DNA of 62,459 bases, the filler included, from Acidimicrobiia bacterium (GTDB lineage: Bacteria; Actinomycetota; Acidimicrobiia; Spongiisociales; CAZKJJ01), in NCBI GenBank assembly GCA_046759765.1. It is 30 parts of 30 records of this genome, joined end to end, with 100 filler letters (N's around TTAATTAATTAA, not from the genome) between each part and the next. Parts side by side here need not be neighbours in the genome. Positions count along the whole stretch, not along the records: positions 38,436 to 40,459 come from JBHICV010000290.1; positions 40,560 to 42,574 come from JBHICV010000291.1; positions 42,675 to 44,616 come from JBHICV010000292.1; positions 44,717 to 46,616 come from JBHICV010000293.1; positions 46,717 to 48,508 come from JBHICV010000295.1; 25 more parts are not named here. The stretch is one strand, 5' to 3'. The translations under genes and the position numbers were made by a program. The notes under the pieces were generated by a model. That model searched no databases. It had not been told where the DNA came from and worked only from the letters and a program-made list of their open reading frames with translations. Numbering within the stretch: position 1 is the stretch's first letter; every line of letters starts with the position of its first letter. Positions 39,110 to 48,608 of this stretch are shown here, in pieces.

Positions 39110-40459
39110 CTAGGCCCGGTCTACTGCTTGGCCCGAACCGCCGTCTGTCCGCGGGAAATATTTGTCGATGAGCGCCTGCTTGATGAACAATTCCTGCGGC
39201 TCGAAACACTCGGCCAGGGTCTGCCAGCACAGGTTGAGGGCGTCCTCGAGTGACAGCGAGACCTTGATGTCCATAAACCGCTGGCGGAAGAGGCGGCCGA
39301 ATTTCAGCAGCTTCTCGTCGAACGGCGACAGTTCAAAGGCCATGGCCTGCTTCTTTGCCGCTTCCTGCCCACCTGAATAGAAGCGGATCATCGTGTTCAT
39401 GATCTGTGAGTGATCCTCACGCGTCACTTTGCCGATGACGCGCTGCTTGAGGCGCGACAGCGAGCCGAAGGGGTCAATCACGCCGTCGTGCAGGTACAAC
39501 TGCCCCTCTGTGATATAGCCGGTGTTATCCGGTACCGGGTGCGTCACGTCGTTCCCAGGCATGGTGGTCACGGTAAGGATCGTCACCGATCCCGCCCCCT
39601 TGAAGTCGCACGCCTTCTCGTAGCGGACCGCGAGCTGCGTGTAGAGGTCTCCCAAATATCCACGGCTCGCGGGGATGTGTTCCAAAGCAATGCCGATCTC
39701 TTTCATCGCGTCGGCGTACGCCGTCATATCGGTGAGCAGCACGAGGACCCGCTTGCCCTCCTCGACCGCGAAACGTTCGGCGACGGCGAGCGCCATGTCC
39801 GTGACCAGCAACCGCTCGATAATCGGATCTGATGCCAGGTTGACGAACATCACCGTGCGGTGGAAGACACCATGGTCTTCAAATGTTGTGCGGAAGAAGT
39901 GGTAGTCGTCAAAGATCAGACCGAGTCCACCGAAGACGACGACGTCTGCGTCCGCCTGAAACCCGATGCGCGCGAGCAGCTCGTTGTACGGTTCCCCGGC
40001 AACGGTGAAGATCGGGATCTTCTGACTTTCGACCAGGCAGTTGAAAAGATCGATCATCGGGATGTTCGTCTGGATCATCTTTTGCGGCAGGATCCGCATC
40101 ATGGGGTTGACGGTCGGTCCGCCGATGGCGATCTTTGGGTCGGTCGAAAGATCCGGGCCGCCGTCCATTAGCTCGCCGGACCCTCGAAAGATGCGGCCCA
40201 AGATGTTGGGCGAATACGTCACCCCCATGGGATGGCCGAGAAACCGTACGGCCGCCCCAGTGGATAAGCCCTTGGTCCCGGCAAAGACCTGAAGACTCAC
40301 CACATCGCGATCCAACTCGACGACCCGCGTCAGGGACTCCTCGCCGTTGACATTTTCGACCACCGCCACATCACCGAGCGGAACCTTTTCGGCCCGCACC
40401 CGCATGATGTCGCCCACAATTTGGAGCACGCGTGTATACCGAGTGAGGTCTCGACTCAT
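39110..40459 (-). CDS. V-type ATP synthase subunit B
   Basis: SQKIPIF, LTDMTAYADA, THPVPDNTGYITEGQ, SLSRLK. Confidence 0.95.
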   Translation of the reverse strand: MSRDLTRYTRVLQIVGDIMRVRAEKVPLGDVAVVENVNGEESLTRVVELDRDVVSLQVFAGTKGLSTGAAVRFLGHPMGVTYSPNILGRIFRGSGELMDGGPDLSTDPKIAIGGPTVNPMMRILPQKMIQTNIPMIDLFNCLVESQKIPIFTVAGEPYNELLARIGFQADADVVVFGGLGLIFDDYHFFRTTFEDHGVFHRTVMFVNLASDPIIERLLVTDMALAVAERFAVEEGKRVLVLLTDMTAYADAMKEIGIALEHIPASRGYLGDLYTQLAVRYEKACDFKGAGSVTILTVTTMPGNDVTHPVPDNTGYITEGQLYLHDGVIDPFGSLSRLKQRVIGKVTREDHSQIMNTMIRFYSGGQEAAKKQAMAFELSPFDEKLLKFGRLFRQRFMDIKVSLSLEDALNLCWQTLAECFEPQELFIKQALIDKYFPRTDGGSGQAVDRA

Positions 40460-40559
40460 NNNNNNNNNNNNNNNNNNNNNNNNNNNNNNNNNNNNNNNNN
40501 NNNTTAATTAATTAANNNNNNNNNNNNNNNNNNNNNNNNNNNNNNNNNNNNNNNNNNNN

Positions 40560-41110
40560 GACCCTGCATCCTCTGGGAGCTCCACTGAAAGAGAGTACGC
40601 GCACCCACCGGAGTGAGCTTTCTGGCACAGTCCCACGTCCGGGTCAAGCTTCATCGGTAACTTCATCGCCTCGAACCAGCCAAGCACGCGCTCGAAGGGA
40701 CCGCAGTGGTATACCTTCGCGACCCCGGCCCGGTTGACGCCGGTATACGCGAAGCAACTTTTCACCCGAATGTGATGGGTCGTCCCTTCAAACGACTCTT
40801 CATAGTCAAAAAGGTCTCCGACATAGAGCTTGACAGCGACTTGGAAAAGACGGCGATACTGCGCCGCCGACGTAATCTCGCTGATCCCAAGCGCACGAAG
40901 CAGCCGCCGCATTTCGAGACGGCCAAACTCGCGGACCACCGCGACGTTCAACTTATTGGCCACGTCGGGACCATAATTGGCAAACGTCTGGTAGAACCAA
41001 AACCCGTCGTTTGCCATCCACGAACGACGCAGGAGGTTTTCGCGCTGAGTTGGAGAAAGCTCTGGGATTTCCTCCACTTCAATCACGCTGCCAGCTAAGG
41101 TAGTTTCCAT
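40560..41110 (-). CDS. Hypothetical protein (DUF6125-like)
   Basis: WMANDGFWF motif and conserved Cys residues. Confidence 0.55.
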
Positions 41111-41370
41111 AGAGACTCTCCTTTCATCCTGTCAGACTCGAAGCTCACCCACTCGGCCGCTTCTTGCCGCAGCCAAGGGCGGTCCCTTACCCTCTAATTC
41201 CCGAACCCCCTTCGCTGTGATGACAGAAAGTAAGACATCTCCTCATGCGTGCCGTCTGTTACAAAAGTTACATAGCAGAAGATCCACCGTCGGCGCCCGA
41301 ACCGCCCCTCCTGCAGTTGCCGGCGAGGTACCGGGACCGGACAGCGAAGGCCGCGCTGATCTCACAGTGG

Positions 41371-42093
41371 TCAATCGGACAAGTGATGTGTCTCTTCTAC
41401 CGCTCGCCCGAGAGCCATCAGGTCGGGGATATGAATGGCACCTCGCTCGAGGACAATCGCACCGGCGCGAGCGAGGCTTTGGAGGCTCCGTGATACGTGG
41501 ACCCGAACCGTCCCGACAGTCGACGCAACATCCTCTTCCCGGAGGCGATCTCGAGTCAATCGGATCCCTTTTCCTCGACACGCACCTTCTGCCAGGGCTC
41601 GCTCATAGAGGAATTTCGCCAGCCGGACTTTCGTTGGCTTGAGCGAAAGACTCTCCACCAAGTCAATAGCCTTTTTCGTTTCGTCGCCCACCGCGATCAC
41701 CAACTTCAAGGCCACCGACGGATTCTTCCGCACAACATCAACGACCGTCGCTCTGTCGATCAAATACAAGCTGGTCTCAGCCATTGTCCGGGCGGTAACG
41801 ATGTTTCTACCGACGGTAAACACGGCTGGGATACAGAAGGTGTTCCCGGGTCGGTCAAACACTCTCACAATCTGCTCGCGCCCTTCGGCACTTGCCCGAT
41901 ACGTATTCACATGTCCGTCGACCAGAATGTGGAGGTCTTGGCAAGGGTCGCCCTCGACGAACAGCAGCTGTCTGGCCGCCAGTCGCCTCGGTCGGCAGCG
42001 CATGGAGAGGGTCGCCAGTGTCCTCGAATTCACGTCGGCGAAACACGGCACGCTCTTCAGAAAGTGGGCTGCCGCGTCATTCGCTTTCATCAC
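41371..42093 (-). CDS. Crp/Fnr-family regulator
   Basis: LFVEGDP, EGREQI, EDVASTVGTVRVHVSR HTH. Confidence 0.92.
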   Translation of the reverse strand: MMKANDAAAHFLKSVPCFADVNSRTLATLSMRCRPRRLAARQLLFVEGDPCQDLHILVDGHVNTYRASAEGREQIVRVFDRPGNTFCIPAVFTVGRNIVTARTMAETSLYLIDRATVVDVVRKNPSVALKLVIAVGDETKKAIDLVESLSLKPTKVRLAKFLYERALAEGACRGKGIRLTRDRLREEDVASTVGTVRVHVSRSLQSLARAGAIVLERGAIHIPDLMALGRAVEETHHLSD

Positions 42094-42574
42094 TGCTCCG
42101 CGATATCTTCCGGCACAGCCAGGAGGCGGCAGGCTCGGAGGATACGGCCTGATAGCTTGCGCTCTTTGACCGTGCGGGCGAGCATCACGCCCCCGACAAG
42201 CAAGGCGATCGTAGCTAACGCGCGGTCGCGCGGTGACCCTAGACTGGTTGGCATCTTCTCTTCGAATTCAGCGACGAGCTCCCGAAAGCCGGTCTCGAAG
42301 GTCTGCCACGCCCCGGCACCGGCCTGGGAGACGTCCGCCGTCAACGCGGGCATCGGGCATCCTTCCGCTACCCCATCTCGATGGACTCGACTGAGGTAGC
42401 GACGAACGATCTGTCGAAGCCAGGGTAGGCCGCGTTGGTCCTCCAGTCTCGCAAGGAGCCATCCCCGCATCCGCCCAAGCGCCAGGGATAGGGTCTCGGC
42501 GAGGAGGGCTTCCTTGGATCCGAAGTGGGCGTAGAACCCTCCGGGGGTAAGTCCGGCCGCCTTCATGACGGCAT
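42090..42574 (-). CDS. TetR-family regulator (5' truncated)
   Basis: MKAAGLTPGGFYAHFGSKE, GCP. Confidence 0.9.
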
Positions 42575-42674
42575 NNNNNNNNNNNNNNNNNNNNNNNNNN
42601 NNNNNNNNNNNNNNNNNNTTAATTAATTAANNNNNNNNNNNNNNNNNNNNNNNNNNNNNNNNNNNNNNNNNNNN

Positions 42675-43367
42675 TGGGTCATCAACGGCTCGAAGATGTG
42701 GATTACCAACGGCACCATCGCCGACCTCGCGGTAGTCTGGGCGATGACCGACGGCGGCATTCGCGGCTTCCTGGTCGAGAAGGGCACGCCAGGTTACACG
42801 ACCCGCGACATCGAGCGAAAGTATTCGCTACGAGCCTCCGTCACATCGGAGCTGTCCTTCGACAACGTCCGGGTCCCCGATGAGAACGTCCTGCCCGGAG
42901 TTCGCGGCCTGAAGGGACCGTTGAGCTGCCTGACCCAGGCCAGGTACGGCATCGCCTGGGGTGCCGTCGGCGCGGCCACCGCCTGCTTCAAGGAGGTGCT
43001 CGAGTACGCCGGGATCCGCGTCCTGTTCAACCGGCCGCTCTCGCACACGCAGACCATCCAACGTCGCCTGGCCGACATGTGCCGACGGATCACGACGGCG
43101 CAGCTTATGGCCCTGCGCCTCGGCCGCCTCAAGGACGAGGGCGCCGCGCACCACAGCCAGGTGTCGATGGCGAAGTGGAACAACGTCCGCATGGCGCTGG
43201 ACGTGGCCCGCGACGCCAGGGACATGCTCGGCGCGAGCGGCATCAGCCTCGAGTTCTGTCCCATCCGGCACATGCTCAACCTCGAGAGCGTGGTGACCTA
43301 CGAGGGGACCGAGACGATTCACGAGCTCATCGTGGGTCGTGAGCTCACCGGGCACACGGCCTTCTAA
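42675..43367 (+). CDS. Glutaryl-CoA dehydrogenase-like acyl-CoA dehydrogenase (5' truncated)
   Basis: KMWITNG, SLRASVT, ARYGIAWG, NLESVVTYEGT. Confidence 0.92.
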   Translation, partial: WVINGSKMWITNGTIADLAVVWAMTDGGIRGFLVEKGTPGYTTRDIERKYSLRASVTSELSFDNVRVPDENVLPGVRGLKGPLSCLTQARYGIAWGAVGAATACFKEVLEYAGIRVLFNRPLSHTQTIQRRLADMCRRITTAQLMALRLGRLKDEGAAHHSQVSMAKWNNVRMALDVARDARDMLGASGISLEFCPIRHMLNLESVVTYEGTETIHELIVGRELTGHTAF

Positions 43368-44561
43368 ATCACCGCTCGTGATTATGCGACACGTCGCGTC
43401 GAGCGTCGAGTGGCGGCGGGGGCAGGGTTCGCCCGTCGCCGGAGGAACGCCCGGACGCGCGGCATCAGCTTGGCCATCGTGGGACAGGTGTGGTTCCGAG
43501 TGACCTGGGCATGGAGGTCCTGCCACAGCCGTTCGATCCGGTTTTCGTTCGGGCAGTACGGCGGGAGGAAGTGGAGCACGACTCGACCGTTCAACCCGGC
43601 CACGACCGCCTGGGTGATCTTGCTGCTGTGGATGCCGAAGTTATCGACGATGACGTGAATGACCTTGGCGTTCGGGTAGGCCCTGCGCAGTTCATGGAGC
43701 AGGCCGATGAAGAGCATGCTGTTCTTCTTCTCGCCTTCGAACCATGTCAGTCGCTTTGTCGTCGCATCCATCGCTCCCGCGAGGTAGCGCTTTTCGTTCT
43801 TGCCAGGGGTGACGACCTCCTTCTGCTGACCCGGCACCATCCAGTCGTTGCCAATCTTGGGATTCAGGTGGATGTCCACTTCGTCGGCATAGACGGCAAC
43901 CTCACGAGGTCCCAGGCTCTGCAGAAGTCGGTCGATCATGCGCAACCGCTTGGCTTTGGCCTGTTTGGACCAGGGGCATCGAACCACCGGACGGGGACGG
44001 CCACGTCTGGCGCCAATCTTCTTGAGGGCTCGACTCATGGTCGAGAGGCTCACCACGATGCCCGTCTTTCGCGCCATCACCATCACCAGGAGCTCACGCG
44101 TCCAGGTCGGTCGCGTGTACTCGAACGACTCGGGCGTGGCCCGCACCACCTCGTAGAGCTGGCCGAGGTAGTCGTCGTCGATCTTGAGTTCGCCGTTGTC
44201 CTCCCGGCGATCCAGCAGGCCAGCCACGCCGAGGTCTCGGAACCGCTCCGCGACGCGGTACACGGTGGTCCGGTTCACATCGAGGGTACGGGCCACTTCG
44301 CTGACCGGCTGCCCTTGGAGGAGGTTCAAGATGATCAGGCCGCGGCGGCTGAGTCTCGCGTCCTTGCGCTGGCGGACAAACCGGCCCAATTCTCGCTGGA
44401 TGCGCTGCTTGGCGGCGAACCGAAAGTTCGGTACAATCCCGTCCATGGGAACTCCCTTCTCGGGCATCCTGCCCGGGTAGATAGGCTTTGGAGTTCCCTT
44501 TTTACAGCGCGGACCCGAATCAAAAAAGGGCCCAGGCGCTGCATAATCAAAAACGGTGATT
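43367..44561 (-). mobile_element. Complete IS630-family element
   Basis: 21-bp IRs AATCACCG.4.TGATTATGC (17/21 match), TA duplicated on both sides. Confidence 0.92.
43382..44467 (-). CDS. IS630 transposase
   Basis: HTH, YADE, VDNFGIH, LPPYCPNENRIERLW. Confidence 0.95.
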   Translation of the reverse strand: MPEKGVPMDGIVPNFRFAAKQRIQRELGRFVRQRKDARLSRRGLIILNLLQGQPVSEVARTLDVNRTTVYRVAERFRDLGVAGLLDRREDNGELKIDDDYLGQLYEVVRATPESFEYTRPTWTRELLVMVMARKTGIVVSLSTMSRALKKIGARRGRPRPVVRCPWSKQAKAKRLRMIDRLLQSLGPREVAVYADEVDIHLNPKIGNDWMVPGQQKEVVTPGKNEKRYLAGAMDATTKRLTWFEGEKKNSMLFIGLLHELRRAYPNAKVIHVIVDNFGIHSSKITQAVVAGLNGRVVLHFLPPYCPNENRIERLWQDLHAQVTRNHTCPTMAKLMPRVRAFLRRRANPAPAATRRSTRRVA

Positions 44562-44716
44562 TAGAGCTGGTTTGAGCGCTCCGTAGCGGCCTCCGGCCGC
44601 ACACTCGCTCCCTGGGNNNNNNNNNNNNNNNNNNNNNNNNNNNNNNNNNNNNNNNNNNNNTTAATTAATTAANNNNNNNNNNNNNNNNNNNNNNNNNNNN
44701 NNNNNNNNNNNNNNNN

Positions 44717-44863
44717 CCCAAAGGCACCGACATGTCCAAGCTCACCCAAGAAGACCTCGACGCTGCAGCCCACTCCCTCAACGGACGGCCTAGACAAACG
44801 CTCGGATGGAAGACACCATCAGACAAACTCGCCGAAACGTTGCAATGACCACCTGACTCCGCA
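44717..44863 (+). mobile_element. IS30-family right end
   Basis: PKGTDMS..LNGRPRQTLGWKTPSDKLAETLQ* then IR GTTGCAATGACCACCTGACTCCGCA. Confidence 0.88.
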
Positions 44864-44878
44864 GCACATATGCGCTAG
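44864..44878 (+). repeat. dif-like repeat, right half (interrupted by IS30)
   Basis: GCAC-ATATGCGCTAG. Confidence 0.85.
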
Positions 44879-44896
44879 AGAGACACAGCCGGGGAA

Positions 44897-44924
44897 GTCA
44901 CCGATATTGCCGGTTATACGCTGG
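44897..44924 (+). repeat. Degenerate partner dif-like site
   Basis: GTCACCGATAT-TGCCGG-TTATACGCTGG. Confidence 0.5.
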
Positions 44925-45021
44925 CTCGATTACGCGATTCGGTACGGGTGCGCTGACCAGTGAACGCGGCAGCCTCCGGGGATCTGCAATGCTTTGCTGT
45001 CGCTAAGGGTTGTATCAGCCG

Positions 45022-45939
45022 ATGACGACGTCGCAACAAACACGCCGAATCCTCACTACCTCCGAAGGCATTAACCGCGGCGCGTTCTCGGCATTGGATT
45101 GGGCCCTGTTTGTTTCGATCTCCCTGATCTGGGGATCGTCGTTCCTGCTTATGGCGATCGGACTGGAGGCGTTCGAACCGGGCCTGATCACGCTGCTTCG
45201 TGTCGGCCTTGGGGCCGGCGCCCTTTGGTTGGTTCCTAAGGCACGCGCCACGCGCGTCGAGCGTGCCGACTGGCCTCGTCTCACCGCGCTCTCATTCCTC
45301 TGGGTGGCGATTCCGTTCACGCTTTTCCCCATCGCCCAGCAGTACATCAACTCTGCGGTTACCGGGATGCTCAACGGGGCGATGCCGATCTTCGCCGCTG
45401 TCGTGGCAGTGATCCTGCTGCGGCGCCTGCCTCGGAGGGTGACAGTCGCCGGTCTCGTGGTCGGTTTGGCAGGTGTCGTCGCGATCAGTGCCCCGTCCAT
45501 CGGACAAGGCAGCTCGGAGGCGCTAGGCGTCGCCCTGGTGGTACTCGCCACCGCCTGTTACGGACTCGCTGTGAATATCGCCGCGCCGATCCAGCAGCGA
45601 TACTCCTCAATCCCCGTGATGGCGAGGATGCTCGCCCTGGCGACGGTATGGACGACACCGCTTGGGGTCCTAGCTGTGGCGGAAAGCTCGTTTGCCTGGG
45701 TACCGTTTGTAGCGGTAGCAGCCGCTGGTGTGCTCGGTACCGGCGTCGCCTTCGTAATCATGGGGAGTCTCGTCGGCCGGGTCGGCTCGACCCGAGCATC
45801 GTTCATCACATACGCCATACCGGTGGTTGCGCTCGCACTCGGTGTCTGGTTCAGAGGGGACGAGGTGGCCCCGATCGCCGTGGCAGGCGTGGTGATGGTG
45901 GTCGTCGGAGCGGTCCTGGCGTCCCGGCGGGAGACCTGA
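45022..45939 (+). CDS. EamA/DMT transporter
   Basis: IWGSSF, about 10 TM helices, ASFITY.IP.VA..LG. Confidence 0.92.
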   Translation: MTTSQQTRRILTTSEGINRGAFSALDWALFVSISLIWGSSFLLMAIGLEAFEPGLITLLRVGLGAGALWLVPKARATRVERADWPRLTALSFLWVAIPFTLFPIAQQYINSAVTGMLNGAMPIFAAVVAVILLRRLPRRVTVAGLVVGLAGVVAISAPSIGQGSSEALGVALVVLATACYGLAVNIAAPIQQRYSSIPVMARMLALATVWTTPLGVLAVAESSFAWVPFVAVAAAGVLGTGVAFVIMGSLVGRVGSTRASFITYAIPVVALALGVWFRGDEVAPIAVAGVVMVVVGAVLASRRET

Positions 45940-46010
45940 TCGAGGTTGCGCGAGGCGCGGTGACTATCCCCCTTCCGACGTTTTCGATTTCGCTGCGTGC
46001 TTTACACCAA

Positions 46011-46038
46011 CCCGCCCATATCGGCATATATGCGCTAT
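46011..46038 (+). repeat. dif-like 28-bp site
   Basis: CCCGCCCATAT-CGGCAT-ATATGCGCTAT. Confidence 0.9.
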
Positions 46039-46055
46039 CCCACTACCGGCGGTTG

Positions 46056-46083
46056 GCCACCCATATCGGCAGATATGGTTCGG
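46056..46083 (+). repeat. Degenerate partner dif-like site
   Basis: GCCACCCATAT-CGGCAG-ATATGGTTCGG. Confidence 0.75.
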
Positions 46084-46182
46084 TCACCCGACACACGGAG
46101 CCAACGCACAAAGTCTCAGTCTGCGGTCCTGTCCCCTGTGGGAGTACGGTTGAGCTGGGGACAGCCTCTCAGGGGTGGAGCA

Positions 46183-46416
46183 GTGATCGAAGCTTACGTT
46201 CTGATCCAGGTCGAGCTGTCGAAACCGGCACACGTAGCCGCCGCGGTTAGCCGTATCCCCGGCGTTGGCACCGCCGCTGTCGTCATGAGCCCCTACGACG
46301 TGATTGTGCGCGTAGAGGCCGCAGATGTCCATTCTCTCGGGAAGCTCGTAGTTGCCAAAATCCAGGCCGTCGAGGGAGTCACCCGCACCCTGACGTGCCC
46401 CATCGTCCATCTCTAA
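46183..46416 (+). CDS. Stand-alone Lrp/AsnC ligand-binding domain protein
   Basis: AYVLIQ..PYDVIV..IQAVEGVTRTLTCP. Confidence 0.9.
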   Translation: MIEAYVLIQVELSKPAHVAAAVSRIPGVGTAAVVMSPYDVIVRVEAADVHSLGKLVVAKIQAVEGVTRTLTCPIVHL

Positions 46417-46550
46417 GCGGCTTACCCCCCCTCGCAGAAAGACGGCCCGCAGGCAGTCCACCACCGTCCACAACAGCCGAAGCATGCGATCAGATCGTTC
46501 CTATGTCGTTACGAGACCTGCCCGTGCGACGTGATTCTGAATCGGTAACA

Positions 46551-46580
46551 CCCGCGCAGATCGCAGCACATATGCGCTAC
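46551..46580 (+). repeat. dif-like site with 8-nt spacer
   Basis: CCCGCGCAGAT-CGCAGCAC-ATATGCGCTAC. Confidence 0.75.
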
Positions 46581-46716
46581 CTGGATCAGGAGACTGACAA
46601 ACGGGTTCTGAGTCCTNNNNNNNNNNNNNNNNNNNNNNNNNNNNNNNNNNNNNNNNNNNNTTAATTAATTAANNNNNNNNNNNNNNNNNNNNNNNNNNNN
46701 NNNNNNNNNNNNNNNN

Positions 46717-47156
46717 TGGATGAGCGGATGATTGAAGCCCTGTACGAGGCCTCGCAGACGGGCACGCCAATCGACCTGATCGTGCGTGGAATCTGCTGCC
46801 TCCGTCCCGGGGTGCCCGGGTTGTCGGAGAACATACGGGTTCGCTCGATCGTCGGCCGCTATCTCGAGCACTCGCGCATATACCGCTTTGGTAGCGCCGA
46901 AAGGGGATTCGACTATTACGTCGGCTCGGCAGACCTCATGCCGCGTAACCTGGACCGCCGCATCGAGGTGTTGGTCCCGGTCAAGGGTGAGAGCCTCCAG
47001 GACCGACTTTCCGAAGTACTTGACGTGAATCTCGCCGATGACGTCCTGGCCTGGGAGCTCCGGTCCGACGGCTCCTACAGCAAGGTCCCTTCTCAGACCG
47101 GTATCAGCACTCACGAACGCCTGCAGGAGCTGGCTATCGCCCGCGCCAGTGGCTGA
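46717..47156 (+). CDS. ppk1: Polyphosphate kinase 1 (5' truncated)
   Basis: [38 protein letters not shown]. Confidence 0.95.
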
Positions 47157-47231
47157 GGTCGGCGCATCGAGCTGCGGCTAGGGAAGCAACCTCCGCGTCC
47201 TAGCATGACCGCCGGTTCCAGTTGGGAGGAG

Positions 47232-47794
47232 TGATGACAGCCGACACAGGCGTGGCGGGACTTCGTTTCGAGGGTTGGCCGTGGCTGGCCGTCTTGCTAT
47301 TCGGCGCGGTGTCCATCGGCGTTGGAATCCTGGCGATCGTGTGGCCGGGACAGACTTTCCTGGTTCTGTCGATCATTCTCGGCATCTACATCATCATCTT
47401 CGGGATCTTCTGGATCGTGGCGGGCTTCGGCGGAGCCGTAGGTCACAAGTGGCTACTCGTGATCGGTGGTCTCCTCGGGGTGCTGGCAGGAGCCCTGATA
47501 CTCGCCCAACCCATCAGAGGCGGCGCTCTGATGGTTCTGGTAATCGGCTCCTACTGGCTGGTTTGGGGCGTGGTTCAGCTGGTCACCGGGATCTTCGGCC
47601 ATGGCATCGAGCACCGTGGCTGGCAGATTGTTGCCTCGCTGTTCTCGATCGCGGCAGGCCTCATCACATTGTCGTGGCCGCAGGTAACCGCTCTGGTCAT
47701 CGCATGGCTGGCCGGGATCTGGCTCATTGTTACCGGCGCGATCGAAATCGGCCGCTCACTGGAGATCCGAAGAGTCGAAAGGGCCCTCGCCTGA
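47232..47794 (+). CDS. HdeD/DUF308 membrane protein
   Basis: 6 TM helices with repeated G..A...P pattern. Confidence 0.85.
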
Positions 47795-48508
47795 GGCAGT
47801 CGCGGGTTCCGGGCCTGCGTAGCGATCGCCTCGTAAAGCCTCCTGGGGGTCTTGCCGCCACGAGCTCTTCGTTCGCCAAACGACCCACGACACGAGCCCG
47901 CCGAGGATCGGAAGTAGATAGGTCAATGCCCGCCAGAGGAACACTCCGGCGGCGATGAGCTCCTCCGTCGCGGCCGGTGCGGTCTCGGCCAGGAGAGTGA
48001 TGAAGACCAGTTCGACCACTCCGACCCCTCCTGGCGTGTATCCCGGGAGGGTTACTGCTCTTGCCAGCGAGTAGACACCGACTACCTGGATGAAGCTCAC
48101 GGTGTCTACACCGAGTCCGACCGCTCGCAGGGAGGCATAGAGAAGCACTCCGAGCATCAGCTGGGCAGCGATGGCGGAGGCGGTCAGAGCGGGCCACCGC
48201 ACGGAGGTCAGTCCGACCGTCTGCCTGCGGAGCAAGATCGCTTGCTCCGACCAGTCGAACGGACCCTTGCCAAATGGCCGGGCTGCCCAGGAAGCGAGCC
48301 GCCCTCCGACCCGCCCGGCCCACCGGGCAGGACCGTCCGAGCGGAACAGAAGGACAAGAGCCACCACAGCTGTCACAACAAAGAGAACCCCGACCAAAAT
48401 GGTGGTCAGAGCCACCGGGGGCAGGCCGTTCGCCGCGGCAACCAGTACCGCACCCGCTACAGGGACCGCGATCCTCGCCAGCTGGTCCCAGATGCCGACC
48501 ACGACGAG
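47756..48508 (-). CDS. Lysylphosphatidylglycerol-synthase TM / flippase-like protein (5' truncated)
   Basis: TPGGVGVVE..LWRALTYLLP. Confidence 0.85.
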   Translation of the reverse strand, partial: LVVVGIWDQLARIAVPVAGAVLVAAANGLPPVALTTILVGVLFVVTAVVALVLLFRSDGPARWAGRVGGRLASWAARPFGKGPFDWSEQAILLRRQTVGLTSVRWPALTASAIAAQLMLGVLLYASLRAVGLGVDTVSFIQVVGVYSLARAVTLPGYTPGGVGVVELVFITLLAETAPAATEELIAAGVFLWRALTYLLPILGGLVSWVVWRTKSSWRQDPQEALRGDRYAGPEPATASGEGPFDSSDLQ

Positions 48509-48608
48509 NNNNNNNNNNNNNNNNNNNNNNNNNNNNNNNNNNNNNNNNNNNNTTAATTAATTAANNNNNNNNNNNNNNNNNNNNNNNNNNNNNNNNNNNN
48601 NNNNNNNN

